Positions 9,595 through 19,119 of a stretch of DNA of 64,000 nucleotides are shown here, in pieces (position 1 is the stretch's first letter; each line of letters opens with the position of its first letter). Both the position numbers and the translations under genes were made by a program. Source of the DNA: Patescibacteria group bacterium. Its GTDB lineage: Bacteria > Patescibacteriota > Minisyncoccia > Phycocordibacterales > UBA9973. The notes below the pieces were generated by a model that was given only the letters and a program-made list of their open reading frames with translations, was not told the origin of the DNA and ran no database searches. The stretch covers positions 2,247 through 66,246 of the forward strand of contig JAGWLB010000003.1 of assembly GCA_028865035.1 (NCBI GenBank), in the 5' to 3' direction.

Positions 9595-10284
9595 ATGAAT
9601 AGTGTAGGTACGCTTTATGTAGTTGCTACTCCGATAGGTAATCTAGAAGATATAACTTTTAGAGCAGTTCGTGTACTCAAAGAAGTAGATTGTATTTTGT
9701 GCGAAGATACTCGCACAACAAAAAAGCTACTAGATAAGTACGATATTCGCACTCGTACTATGAGTTATCATACTCATAGTACGAGTGCAAAAGAATCTGT
9801 CATAATTAGAATGCTTAAGGAAGGTCAGAATTTAGCTCTGGTATCAGATGCTGGTACTCCTTGTATCTCTGACCCAGGTGTATTACTTGTGGCAAACGTA
9901 TACAAAGAGTTAGGAATCTCTGCCTGTGTAGTACCTATACCAGGACCCAGTGCATTAATTGCAGGACTTTCTGTAAGTGGGCTTTCATCATCGACTTTTA
10001 CTTTTCTAGGATTTTTACCACACAAGAAAGGTAGAGAAACATTATTCAAAGATATGGTTATATCAAAAGAAATGATTGTTTTTTATGAATCAACGCATAG
10101 AATAATGAAAACTTTAATTTCTTTAGATGAATATCTTCCTGATCGTAATGTAGTTATTGCTCGTGAATTAACTAAAAAGTTCGAAGAAATTATAAGAGGT
10201 AAACCTAAAGAGGTAATACAATATCTTACTTTAGATATTAATAAGCAAAAAGGGGAGTTTGTCGTTATTGTAGCTCCTAATTAA
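9595..10284 (+). CDS. rsmI: 16S rRNA (cytidine1402-2'-O)-methyltransferase
   Basis: LYVVATPIGNLEDIT.RA...L..VD.ILCEDTR N-terminus, as in tetrapyrrole-methylase-fold RsmI. 229 aa. Confidence 0.85.
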   Translation: MNSVGTLYVVATPIGNLEDITFRAVRVLKEVDCILCEDTRTTKKLLDKYDIRTRTMSYHTHSTSAKESVIIRMLKEGQNLALVSDAGTPCISDPGVLLVANVYKELGISACVVPIPGPSALIAGLSVSGLSSSTFTFLGFLPHKKGRETLFKDMVISKEMIVFYESTHRIMKTLISLDEYLPDRNVVIARELTKKFEEIIRGKPKEVIQYLTLDINKQKGEFVVIVAPN

Positions 10285-10294
10285 ATGCGCTATA

Positions 10295-10519
10295 ATGCAT
10301 ATTATGAGAAAAGAAAAATCATTATTTATTATAGGTTTATGGATTATTTTGTTGCCCCTGTCTGGTTTTCCGTCTTCTTGGAAAACGCTATTCTTTTTTA
10401 TTACTGGTTTACTCATCATCTACATTTCATACCTTTTTTACATGCAAGCAAAGAAAAATGTACCTAAAGATTTAAATCAAAGTAAAACCTTCATAGATAA
10501 CATAAGTAATGGCGAGTAA
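10295..10519 (+). CDS. Small two-TM membrane protein, hypothetical
   Basis: 74 aa with two hydrophobic helices. Overlaps the next gene start by 11 bp. Confidence 0.25.
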   Translation: MHIMRKEKSLFIIGLWIILLPLSGFPSSWKTLFFFITGLLIIYISYLFYMQAKKNVPKDLNQSKTFIDNISNGE

Positions 10520-11738
10520 AGTTATCAAAATGTTATCAAAAAAAAATTTAAAAATATTTTTATTAGTAACCCTCGCATTTATAATATGTGGGGTTATTAT
10601 TTATTTTATATTTTTTAATAGCATAAAATATACTACACATTCTGCTATATCGTCTCTTGAAGATGTACCACAAAGCAGTAAGCCCAGTGACATAACAATT
10701 CCACCTATATCTCAGCCACCCACTCCAGTTCCTGTGACACACATACAAACTCCAAATTATGTTAAAGCAGTATATCTATCAAGTTGGGTTGCCGGATCTC
10801 CAAAATATCGCGATCCTATAATAAAACTTATAGATGATACTGAATTAAATTCAATCGTGATAGACATAAAAGATTCTACTGGTCGCATAGGTTATATAAC
10901 AGATAATCAAGATTTAAACAGAATTGGATCTGTGCAAGGCCGCATACCCAATATTCGTAGTCTTATAAATACTTTACATCAGAAGAATATTTATGTTATC
11001 GGACGTATTGCGGTATTCCAAGATCCGTATATGACAAAAATAAAACCAGAATGGTCAATTGTGAAAAATAGCGATGGAAAAGTTTGGAAAGATAATAAAG
11101 GTTTATCTTTTTTGGATCCAGCAAATCAGGATGTATGGAAATATATTGTATCAATTGCTCTTGATGCTCATTCTGAAGGTTTTGATGAAATTAATTTTGA
11201 TTATATAAGGTATCCTTCTGATGGCAATATCCAAGATATTAATTATCATTTAACTCCAGGAAAAACAAGGTCTGATAATTTAGAGAGCTTTTTCAAATAT
11301 TTATCTTTGGAATTAAAGAAAGATAACATTACTATGTCCGCTGATCTTTTTGGTTTAACTACAACTACGAATGATGATATGGGAATAGGTCAATTGTGGG
11401 AGAAGACATTACCATATTTCGATTTTGTTTCTCCTATGGTTTATCCATCTCATTATCCGAGTGGTCAGTATGGATTTAAAAATCCAGCAGATCATCCTTA
11501 CGAGGTTATTTCAAAAGCACTACAAAGTGCAATAAAGAAGACTAAAGCAATGCAAGATCAAGATATCCATAAAATACGTCCATGGTTGCAAGATTTTGAC
11601 TTGGGAGCAGTTTACACAAAAGATAAGGTACGTTTAGAGATGCAAGCGGTATATGATAGCGGTCTTAATTCCTGGATGTTATGGGATCCAAAGAATAAAT
11701 ACACACCTTCTGCACTTAAACTTGATATCAATCAATAA
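10509..11738 (+). CDS. Putative extracytoplasmic glycoside-hydrolase-like TIM-barrel protein (COG1306/DUF4015-like)
   Basis: N-terminal TM anchor and Pro-rich linker. Body has KAVYLSSWVAG..IIKLIDDTELNSIVIDIKDSTGRIGY...IGRIAVFQDPY...FDEINFDYIRYP, the pattern seen in the uncharacterised GHL family. Confidence 0.45.
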   Translation: MASKVIKMLSKKNLKIFLLVTLAFIICGVIIYFIFFNSIKYTTHSAISSLEDVPQSSKPSDITIPPISQPPTPVPVTHIQTPNYVKAVYLSSWVAGSPKYRDPIIKLIDDTELNSIVIDIKDSTGRIGYITDNQDLNRIGSVQGRIPNIRSLINTLHQKNIYVIGRIAVFQDPYMTKIKPEWSIVKNSDGKVWKDNKGLSFLDPANQDVWKYIVSIALDAHSEGFDEINFDYIRYPSDGNIQDINYHLTPGKTRSDNLESFFKYLSLELKKDNITMSADLFGLTTTTNDDMGIGQLWEKTLPYFDFVSPMVYPSHYPSGQYGFKNPADHPYEVISKALQSAIKKTKAMQDQDIHKIRPWLQDFDLGAVYTKDKVRLEMQAVYDSGLNSWMLWDPKNKYTPSALKLDINQ

Positions 11739-11758
11739 TTTTGTAATAATTAGATTTA

Positions 11759-12979
11759 ATGAAACAATATAAAAAGAAAATCATTTACGCACTTGCATCG
11801 CTAATTATCTTAATTAGTGTTTTTGGTTTAGGAGCAACTTACGGATATTCGCAAAAACCGGCGATTGATAAGGTCTCTTCTGTAATAAACAAAGAACCAG
11901 CACAAGGTGTGACTGCCGATTTTAACTCATTTTGGAAAGTTTGGAATTTATTAAATCAAAAGTCTATATATGCAAAAAAGGCTACTGATCAAGATCGAGT
12001 ATGGGGTGCTATAAAAGGTATGACTGCATCACTTGGTGATCCTTATACTGTTTTTTTCCCACCCGAAGAAAATAAATTATTTAACGATGAAATACACGGT
12101 TCCTTTGGTGGTATTGGCGCTGAGATTGGTGTGAAGGATAAATTACTAACTGTAATATCACCTTTGAAAGATAATCCTGCAATGCTGGCGGGTATAAAAT
12201 CCGGAGATAAAATTCTAAAGATTGATAAGACAGATGCCAATAATATGACAGTAGATCATGCTATAAGCTTAATAAGAGGGCCTATAGGTACAAGTGTTGT
12301 TCTTACAATACTTCGACCAGGAGAGAAGACTACACGTGAGTTTACCGTGGTAAGAGGTGATATTAAAATTCCTACTATAGATACTCAATTATTACCCAAT
12401 AATATATTTGTTATAAAGTTTTATAGTTTTTCTGAAAATTCTGATTCACTATTTAAAGATGCACTAGATAAATTTATAGCTACTGGTTCACACAAATTAA
12501 TCATAGATATGCGTGGTAATCCTGGAGGTTATCTTACCTCTGCAGTAAATATCGGTTCGTGGTTTATCGATGAAGGTAAAACTATAGTAAGTGAAGATTT
12601 TGGTAGTAATAAAAAAATGCAAGTATACAGAAGCCACGGTCCAAAATTGTTTGATAATAAACTACAGTTAGTAGTCTTGGTTGACGGTGGATCTGCATCA
12701 GCTGCTGAGATATTAGCCGGTGCTTTGCAAGAAAACGGTGTAGGTACTTTAGTAGGTGAAAGAACATTTGGTAAAGGATCAGTGCAAGAACTTATAAATG
12801 TCACAAACGATACATCATTGAAAGTTACAGTTGCAAGGTGGCTTACACCTAATGGTACTTCCATATCAGAACACGGACTTGATCCAGATGTTGTAGTACC
12901 ATACACACAGAAAGATGCTGATGCTAAGAAAGACCCCCAAATGGATAAAGCTGTCGAAATATTATCAGCAAAACCTTAA
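11759..12979 (+). CDS. ctpA: Carboxyl-terminal processing protease (S41 family)
   Basis: PDZ region followed by LVDGGSASAAEILAGALQENGVGTLVGERTFGKGSVQ, the S41 catalytic Ser/Lys region. N-terminal TM anchor. Confidence 0.85.
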   Translation: MKQYKKKIIYALASLIILISVFGLGATYGYSQKPAIDKVSSVINKEPAQGVTADFNSFWKVWNLLNQKSIYAKKATDQDRVWGAIKGMTASLGDPYTVFFPPEENKLFNDEIHGSFGGIGAEIGVKDKLLTVISPLKDNPAMLAGIKSGDKILKIDKTDANNMTVDHAISLIRGPIGTSVVLTILRPGEKTTREFTVVRGDIKIPTIDTQLLPNNIFVIKFYSFSENSDSLFKDALDKFIATGSHKLIIDMRGNPGGYLTSAVNIGSWFIDEGKTIVSEDFGSNKKMQVYRSHGPKLFDNKLQLVVLVDGGSASAAEILAGALQENGVGTLVGERTFGKGSVQELINVTNDTSLKVTVARWLTPNGTSISEHGLDPDVVVPYTQKDADAKKDPQMDKAVEILSAKP

Positions 12980-12987
12980 ATATAATT

Positions 12988-13431
12988 ATGAAAGTTATAT
13001 TGCTTACAGATATTCCAAAAGTAGGGAATAGATATGATGTGAAAGATTTCAAAGAAGGATATGCTCAGAATGTTCTTCTTGCTAAAGGTCTTGCTGTTCT
13101 TGCAACTCCAGCAGAATTATCAAAACTTAAAGATAGGAAAGCAAAATTAGATAAAAAGAAAGAAGAGGAAGATAAATTATTCAGCGAGTTAATTTCTTCT
13201 ATAGATAATAAAAAGATTACAATCTTTGCCAAAGCAAATGAAAAAGGACATCTCTTTAAAGCTGTTAGTTCTCGTGATATTATTGATGCCATTTACAAGA
13301 ATACAAATATTAATATTGAAGAAAATTCATTAGTAATGGATCATATAAAAGAAATTGGATTGCATAAGGTTATGATTAAAAAAGGTGATAAGAAAGGGGA
13401 GTGTGAGATAATAGTGGAACCACAAAAATAA
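12988..13431 (+). CDS. rplI: 50S ribosomal protein L9
   Basis: MKVILLTDIPKVGNRYDVKDFKEGYAQNVLLAKGLAV. 147 aa. Confidence 0.9.
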   Translation: MKVILLTDIPKVGNRYDVKDFKEGYAQNVLLAKGLAVLATPAELSKLKDRKAKLDKKKEEEDKLFSELISSIDNKKITIFAKANEKGHLFKAVSSRDIIDAIYKNTNINIEENSLVMDHIKEIGLHKVMIKKGDKKGECEIIVEPQK

Positions 13432-13460
13432 AACCCTCTTTAAAAGAGGGTTTTATTTTT
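13431..13460. terminator. Bidirectional rho-independent terminator between rplI and rpmA
   Basis: aaaccctctt-taaa-agagggtttt hairpin, flanked by T-runs on both strands. Confidence 0.7.
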
Positions 13461-13473
13461 GTGTTATTGTTAG

Positions 13474-13746
13474 TTAGATGATATTAACAACTTTTTTAAC
13501 TGAAGATGTTCGATTAAAGTTTACTTTTCTTTTAGTTCCGAATTTTACAATTCCAGGTTTTAATGCGAAAAGGGTATGATCTTTACCAAGACCAACATTT
13601 GTTCCAGGTAGAATTTTTGTGCCACGTTGACGTATGATAATTGAACCAGCTTTCGCGGTTTGCCCAGCATAAAGCTTAGTACCTAGATACTTTGGATTCG
13701 AATCTGTTAAGTTTTTGGCCGAACCACCGGCTTTCCTATGTGCCAT
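13474..13746 (-). CDS. rpmA: 50S ribosomal protein L27
   Basis: [12 protein letters not shown]...GTKLYAGQ...[24 protein letters not shown]. 90 aa. Confidence 0.9.
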   Translation of the reverse strand: MAHRKAGGSAKNLTDSNPKYLGTKLYAGQTAKAGSIIIRQRGTKILPGTNVGLGKDHTLFALKPGIVKFGTKRKVNFNRTSSVKKVVNII

Positions 13747-13798
13747 ATATGTAAATTAAGCTAGTCTAAAGCTGTTTTATTATTTATAATTAGACTGT

Positions 13799-14185
13799 AT
13801 GAGTATACACGATTTATTCTATAAAATCAAGAAGATTATTATAAAAGATAATATAGCATATATTTACATTATTTTAATCACTATAATTGGTTTTTCTTCC
13901 TTTTTACTTGGCAAATTATCTGTTAACAATAGTCATAATATAAATACAAAAGTTGATTCAATCGAAATTGAACAAAAATTACAAAATTTATCTCAAAATA
14001 CCGATCAATCCAAATCACCAATTATAAAGACATCGAGTAATAAGTATGTAGCTTCAAAAAATGGTAAACTATACTATAGTACAATATGCAAAAGTGCTAA
14101 TAGAATTAAACCTGAGAATAGAGTATGGTTTGATGTTGCATCAGATGCAGAAAAATCTGGTTATACATTATCATCATCTTGTTAA
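13799..14185 (+). CDS. Membrane-anchored hypothetical protein with a C-terminal Ada-N-like / DUF3761-like motif
   Basis: TM anchor followed by a C-terminal KLYYSTICKSANRIKPENRVWFDVASDAEKSGYTLSSSC, which fits the pattern Y-x3-C-x10-N-x3-F-x-S-x2-A-x3-GY. Confidence 0.35.
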   Translation: MSIHDLFYKIKKIIIKDNIAYIYIILITIIGFSSFLLGKLSVNNSHNINTKVDSIEIEQKLQNLSQNTDQSKSPIIKTSSNKYVASKNGKLYYSTICKSANRIKPENRVWFDVASDAEKSGYTLSSSC

Positions 14186-14191
14186 GAACAT

Positions 14192-15115
14192 ATGAAAATT
14201 TTTTATCAAATTGCAATTATTATATTTGTCTGCGCTACTCTTTATATTGTTAAGGATGATGTTATAACTGTATATAATCATGCAATTTCTTATATATCTC
14301 CAAAAGCAAATAATATTGCCACAAATACTAATAATAGTAATTTAAATGTAAAATCAGAAGAAGTATCTAGTGCTTTTAAATCTGTTAATACTCCAGGAGC
14401 TCTACAAATTAAAGATGGACTGGCTCTTGATGCTAATAGCGTAAAACTTACTTCAAAAGATGTTATAGATTGGACAAATAAAAATCGATTAATAAATGGT
14501 AATCTTCCTCCACTTAAAGAAAGTTCAAAATTAGATTTTTCGGCACAGATTAAATTAAATGATATGTTTAAACAGCAATATTTTGAACATATATCACCAA
14601 ATCATATTGGCGTGTCTGACTTGGGAGATAGAGTATCGTATGAATATATTATTATCGGAGAAAATTTAGCTCTAGGTAACTTTAAAGACGCTCAATCACT
14701 ACTTAATGCATGGATGGCAAGCCCTGGTCACCGCGCAAATATTCTTAATAAACACTATCAAGATATTGGTGTAGCTGTTGGTCATGGAATGTACAAAGGA
14801 CAAGATGTATGGATGGCAGTACAACATTTTGGTTTACCAAGAAGTGCTTGTCCTTCTATAGACGATGTTCTTCATGGGACTATAGAAATAGATCAAAACC
14901 AAATACAAACTATGCAAGCAGATTTGGCCTTAAGACGAAATAATATTGATAGTGGGGTAGTATATGAAGGTATGACTACCAATGAACAAATAGCTCAATA
15001 TAATGACCTCGTAATAAAATATAATCAACTTGTTTCTGTGATAAAAGAAAAGACAGCTATATATAATAACCAAGTCAATGCTTTTAATTTATGCCTTCAA
15101 AGCAATACCCAATAA
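14192..15115 (+). CDS. CAP/SCP (PR-1-like, YkwD-type) domain exported protein
   Basis: N-terminal TM/signal. GENLALGNF..AQSLLNAWMASPGHRANILNKHYQDIGVAV is the CAP-domain signature. Confidence 0.65.
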   Translation: MKIFYQIAIIIFVCATLYIVKDDVITVYNHAISYISPKANNIATNTNNSNLNVKSEEVSSAFKSVNTPGALQIKDGLALDANSVKLTSKDVIDWTNKNRLINGNLPPLKESSKLDFSAQIKLNDMFKQQYFEHISPNHIGVSDLGDRVSYEYIIIGENLALGNFKDAQSLLNAWMASPGHRANILNKHYQDIGVAVGHGMYKGQDVWMAVQHFGLPRSACPSIDDVLHGTIEIDQNQIQTMQADLALRRNNIDSGVVYEGMTTNEQIAQYNDLVIKYNQLVSVIKEKTAIYNNQVNAFNLCLQSNTQ

Positions 15116-15348
15116 CCTTATAGGGAAGCGCGATGCCTAGCTTTAAAGCCTTATAGTTTTTATATACTAGTGTCGTACAATATATCTTTTGCGACACTAT
15201 AATATAATTATTAACTGATAATATGTGTTGTTAATATATAATCTCAACCAAACTAAATTTTTAACCCTTTATATACTTGTAGACTTCTATTTATCACACT
15301 TATTGTTAACTTGTTGTTTTTGAAATGAAATTAATTGAGCTTTTTTAT

Positions 15349-16665
15349 TTATCCTACGAATGTAAGAGCTGTGCCTTTTTTACTGGCACGACCAGTTCTA
15401 CCTATACGATGTATATATGTGTCGTAGGTTTGTGGTATCTCATAATTTATAACATGAGTCACATCTGGTATATCAAGACCCCTAGCTGCAACATCGGTTG
15501 CCACCAGAATATTTAGTTCATTTTCTTTAAATTTTTTTAATGTACGTTGTCTTTCATTGTGACGTTTATCACCATGAATTGATCCCGCCTTGAATCCCCT
15601 TTTTATTAATTCCACTGACAACTTTTCTACCGCATGCTTCATTTCTGAAAATATAAGAACTTTTTTAAACTCAATACCAGTTAGTAGTTCGGTTAAAACA
15701 TCTATTTTATCAATACCACGAGCTACACGAACAACATCTTGCTCGACATTTTTCGAAGTATCTCTTGTTTTTACTACAACTCGTACAGGATTATTTGCAA
15801 ATTTTTCTATAAGATTTTCTATTGGTTTTGGAAGTGTTGCAGAGAAAAAGAAACTTTGTCTATCTTTTGAAGTTTTTTCAAGTAAAAATGTTATGTCATC
15901 TACGAAGCCCATATCTAGCATTCTATCTGCTTCATCTAAAACAACGCTACGTGTATTAGAAAGATCAATTTCTTTACGTTTTACTAAATCGAGTAATCTA
16001 CCTGGAGTACCAATGACAATATTACATCCACGTCTTAAATTTTTTATTTGAGAGAAAATTGGCACACCTCCAACACAAGCTACTGACCATATCTTCATTC
16101 CTTTTGTGAATTCAATGAATTCTTTTTCAATTTGGAGCGCTAGTTCACGTGTAGGAGCTATAATAATTGCAGTTTCTTTACTGTCTTTTATAACTTTATT
16201 TATTATTGGTATAAGAAAAGCTGCTGTTTTACCGGTACCAGTATTAGCAATACCAAGAACGTCACGTCCTTCAAGAGCGTGCGGAATCGATTTGTCTTGA
16301 ATAGGGCTTGGGTATATGTATCCTTTACTCGCTATGTTCTTTTTAAGATTAGAGTCTATACCAAAATCACTAAAAGTATGTGTAGGTATATAAACTTCTT
16401 CTTTTTCGATGATTGTAGATTTGTTTATAAATCTTGAAACATCAATTCTTTCAAAAGAACTACTTTTACGTTTACTGCTAACTTTTCTGCGGTTAGATGT
16501 ATAATTACTTTTATTACCTTTAAATGATGGTTTAGCTAAAGGTGAACTTTTAAAAGTACTGAATGTTGATCCAGTACGGCTTTGTGTATTATTTGAACGA
16601 TTTGTTTTCCGTCCAGCTGAATATGAGGTTCGTTTTGAACCTTGTTTGCTATATGGTGTAGGCAT
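15349..16665 (-). CDS. DEAD-box ATP-dependent RNA helicase with an unusual N-terminal Ser/Arg/Lys-rich extension
   Basis: PSPIQ (Q motif), ANTGTGKTAAF (motif I), PTRELA, VLDEADRMLDMGF (DEAD), SAT, HRIGRTGRA (motif VI). The first ~90 aa are low-complexity S/R/K/N-rich. Confidence 0.85.
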   Translation of the reverse strand: MPTPYSKQGSKRTSYSAGRKTNRSNNTQSRTGSTFSTFKSSPLAKPSFKGNKSNYTSNRRKVSSKRKSSSFERIDVSRFINKSTIIEKEEVYIPTHTFSDFGIDSNLKKNIASKGYIYPSPIQDKSIPHALEGRDVLGIANTGTGKTAAFLIPIINKVIKDSKETAIIIAPTRELALQIEKEFIEFTKGMKIWSVACVGGVPIFSQIKNLRRGCNIVIGTPGRLLDLVKRKEIDLSNTRSVVLDEADRMLDMGFVDDITFLLEKTSKDRQSFFFSATLPKPIENLIEKFANNPVRVVVKTRDTSKNVEQDVVRVARGIDKIDVLTELLTGIEFKKVLIFSEMKHAVEKLSVELIKRGFKAGSIHGDKRHNERQRTLKKFKENELNILVATDVAARGLDIPDVTHVINYEIPQTYDTYIHRIGRTGRASKKGTALTFVG

Positions 16666-16839
16666 AATTAAATTTTACGTGTTTCAAAAATAATATATTT
16701 GCACAGATAGTGTTTCTTTGTGAACTCTATACAAAATGATTGAAACACTACACACGCACTCAAGGAGTATTTCAACTTTTAAAGATTAGCATTTATCTCT
16801 TATTTTGTCAAGTTGATAGAGAGTTTATCATCTAAATCA

Positions 16840-16868
16840 TTGACAATAAATTTACATAGTTGTATAAT
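16840..16868 (+). promoter_or_regulatory. Consensus sigma70-type promoter (TTGACA-17-TATAAT) for the cold-shock gene, leaving a ~85-nt 5'UTR
   Basis: TTGACA at 16840-16845, a 17-nt spacer, and TATAAT at 16863-16868. A long 5'UTR is typical of csp mRNAs. Confidence 0.6.
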
Positions 16869-16955
16869 CGGTGTTACAAGGGACGTATCTTAGAAAAGAG
16901 TCGATTTTTTAAACATTCATCTTATTTGTAATTATTATTTATCTAAACTAAAATC

Positions 16956-17153
16956 ATGACTGGCTCAATAAAAAAGCTTACTGATAAAGGTTTCGGTTTC
17001 ATCACAGCAGAAGGACTTGCGAAAGATTTATTCTTTCACAGTAATTCTCTTGTAAACGTTCAGTTCGACGAACTACGTGAAGGTGATGCTGTAACTTTTG
17101 ATACAGAAGAAACACAAAAAGGACCTAGTGCTGTAAATGTACAGCGCGCATAG
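16956..17153 (+). CDS. cspA: Cold-shock protein (CspA family)
   Basis: GSIKKLTDKGFGFITAEG..DLFFH contains the RNP1 and RNP2 motifs. 65 aa. Confidence 0.9.
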   Translation: MTGSIKKLTDKGFGFITAEGLAKDLFFHSNSLVNVQFDELREGDAVTFDTEETQKGPSAVNVQRA

Positions 17154-17162
17154 GCTATAACA

Positions 17163-17195
17163 AAACACCCTCGCAATATGCGAGGGTGTTTTGTT
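17163..17195. terminator. Bidirectional rho-independent terminator, serving csp on + and the minus-strand glycerate operon
   Basis: acaccctcgc-aatat-gcgagggtgt hairpin followed by TTTTGTTATT. The reverse complement is also followed by a T-run. Confidence 0.7.
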
Positions 17196-17196
17196 A

Positions 17197-17262
17197 TTAT
17201 TTCTTCTTAGCAGCTTTTTTCGGTTTCTTCACTTCTTTTTTGTGTGATGTACCTTTTGCCAT
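17197..17262 (-). CDS. Possible 21-aa highly basic peptide (MAKGTSHKKEVKKPKKAAKKK)
   Basis: Intact ATG-to-TAA ORF placed exactly between the last operon gene and the terminator. No clear Shine-Dalgarno sequence, so the call is weak. Confidence 0.2.
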   Translation of the reverse strand: MAKGTSHKKEVKKPKKAAKKK

Positions 17263-17343
17263 ATATACAAAAATTCTATTATTAATAATGGATGTATTAT
17301 ATCACTATTAAATAAAACGCAATAGAGTATTAAGTAAATATAA

Positions 17344-18315
17344 TTATTTAATTATATTATTTATAACTTTACCTGTTTCGAAAGCAGAAATTATGTTTTT
17401 TGCTGCTAAAACTGACATCATATTTCTAGCATTTTCTCTTGCTGAAGCAATGTGTGGAGTTAACACAACATTAGATAATTTAATAAGCCCAGATGTGATC
17501 TTAGGTTCAAATTCGAATACATCCAACCCTGCTCCGCCGATAGTACCATTCTTAAGTGCATACGATAAAGCTTTTTCATCAATAACTGGCCCGCGCGATG
17601 TGTTGATAATAATGGCTGATTTCTTCATTATCGCCAGTGATTCCTTATTTATAAGATGTTTAGTACTTGGAAGTAATGGTACGTGAAGAGATATAATATC
17701 AGCATTTTTTAATACTTCTAGCATATCCATCTTTTGGGCATTTGTTTCTTGTTCAAGAGCAATATTTTCATTTATATCGCTATAGATAATATTCGAACCA
17801 AAGCCTCTATGTAAAATTTGTGCTACTTTAGATCCTATATCCCCTACTCCTATAAGACCTATTGTTTTACCTTGTATATCTGTACCTATTAATAATTCTG
17901 GATCCCATCCTTTAAATTTACCTTTACGAACAAACTTATCGCCTTCTACTAAACGAGTCGTAAGAGCTAGCATAAGTGCTACAGCGTGTTCTGCTACAGC
18001 AATTCCTGATGTTCCTGGTGTGTTTGAAACTAAAATTCCTCGTTTTTTTATTTCTTCTAAATCAATATTATTGTAACCTACAGAAAAATTGGCAACTACT
18101 TTGATGCTTGGACAAGCCTCAAAAATTTCCTGATCAATACTATCTGTTAAAAATGATATTACTCCATCGTATTGTTTTTTCTTTAATATATTTATCAATC
18201 TTTTCTTTGTAGGAGGTAAGGTATTTAAACCCATATCAAAATTAATACCTTTTTCTTTTAGTAATTTTAATCCTGCATCTGGTATTTTTCTTGTAATATA
18301 TATATTCTTTTCCAT
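17344..18315 (-). CDS. D-isomer-specific 2-hydroxyacid dehydrogenase (glyoxylate/hydroxypyruvate reductase-like)
   Basis: GKTIGLIGVGDIGSKVA NAD-binding fold, and the catalytic Arg/Glu/His arrangement (SRGPVIDE...TPHIAS). 323 aa. Confidence 0.8.
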   Translation of the reverse strand: MEKNIYITRKIPDAGLKLLKEKGINFDMGLNTLPPTKKRLINILKKKQYDGVISFLTDSIDQEIFEACPSIKVVANFSVGYNNIDLEEIKKRGILVSNTPGTSGIAVAEHAVALMLALTTRLVEGDKFVRKGKFKGWDPELLIGTDIQGKTIGLIGVGDIGSKVAQILHRGFGSNIIYSDINENIALEQETNAQKMDMLEVLKNADIISLHVPLLPSTKHLINKESLAIMKKSAIIINTSRGPVIDEKALSYALKNGTIGGAGLDVFEFEPKITSGLIKLSNVVLTPHIASARENARNMMSVLAAKNIISAFETGKVINNIIK

Positions 18316-18324
18316 ATATAATAA

Positions 18325-19113
18325 TTATCCTATTCTAATAATATTACGATTCTTTTCAGCTATTAAAGCAATTTTTTCCATAATCTTAACAGCTTCAAGT
18401 GGGTACTTACCTATTGCTGATTCTTCAGAAAGCATTACTCCATCAGCTCCATCTAATATTGCATAGGCAACATCTGATACTTCTGCTCTAGTCGGCGTAG
18501 GGTTTTCTACCATAGAAAGTAACATTTGAGTTGCAACTATGACCATTTTATTTTGTTTTTTTGCTTCTATGATAATATGATGTTGTACGAAGGGTATTTC
18601 TTCTATTGGAAATTCATTTCCTAAATCTCCACGGGCTATCATTATTGCATCTGATACCTCTATTATTTCGCTAAGATTTTCTACCGCTTCTTTTCTTTCA
18701 ATTTTAGCTATAATTTTCTGATTACCATTATTATCTTTAATAAAATTTCTTAATTCTATAATATCATTTTTAGAACCTACAAATGATAAGGCAACATATT
18801 CAATATTGTTTTTAATGCCAAAAATTAAATCATCCTTATCTTTTTCTGTAAATATTTTAAGATCACCATTGAAGTGATGACCTGATATATCTTGCGTTCG
18901 GGGTCCAGACAAATCTTGAATTATAGGTATACTTACATTATGTTTATACGATTCTTCTCTAATACTATTTATGAATTGTAAATGTTCATCATGGGTACCC
19001 CAAGAAAAATTTAGACGAGCCATACTCATATTATGAGTAATTAGATTAGATAAAATATCTTTATTTTTACTTGCTGGTCCTATAGTTGCTATAATTATTG
19101 TTTTTGATTCCAT
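18325..19113 (-). CDS. pyk: Pyruvate kinase with the A (barrel) domain only; the B lid and C-terminal domain are missing
   Basis: [74 protein letters not shown] are all pyruvate-kinase signatures. The protein is only 262 aa, and [25 protein letters not shown] replaces the ~100-aa B domain. Confidence 0.7.
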   Translation of the reverse strand: MESKTIIIATIGPASKNKDILSNLITHNMSMARLNFSWGTHDEHLQFINSIREESYKHNVSIPIIQDLSGPRTQDISGHHFNGDLKIFTEKDKDDLIFGIKNNIEYVALSFVGSKNDIIELRNFIKDNNGNQKIIAKIERKEAVENLSEIIEVSDAIMIARGDLGNEFPIEEIPFVQHHIIIEAKKQNKMVIVATQMLLSMVENPTPTRAEVSDVAYAILDGADGVMLSEESAIGKYPLEAVKIMEKIALIAEKNRNIIRIG

Positions 19114-19119
19114 ATTTTA

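Noticed and set aside
15113-15220. Direct 8-bp repeat ccttatag (x2) and the hairpin agtgtcg-N16-cgacact after the CAP gene
   Set aside because: Short, no flanking U-run, and no recognisable RNA family. Probably an incidental or weak terminator structure.
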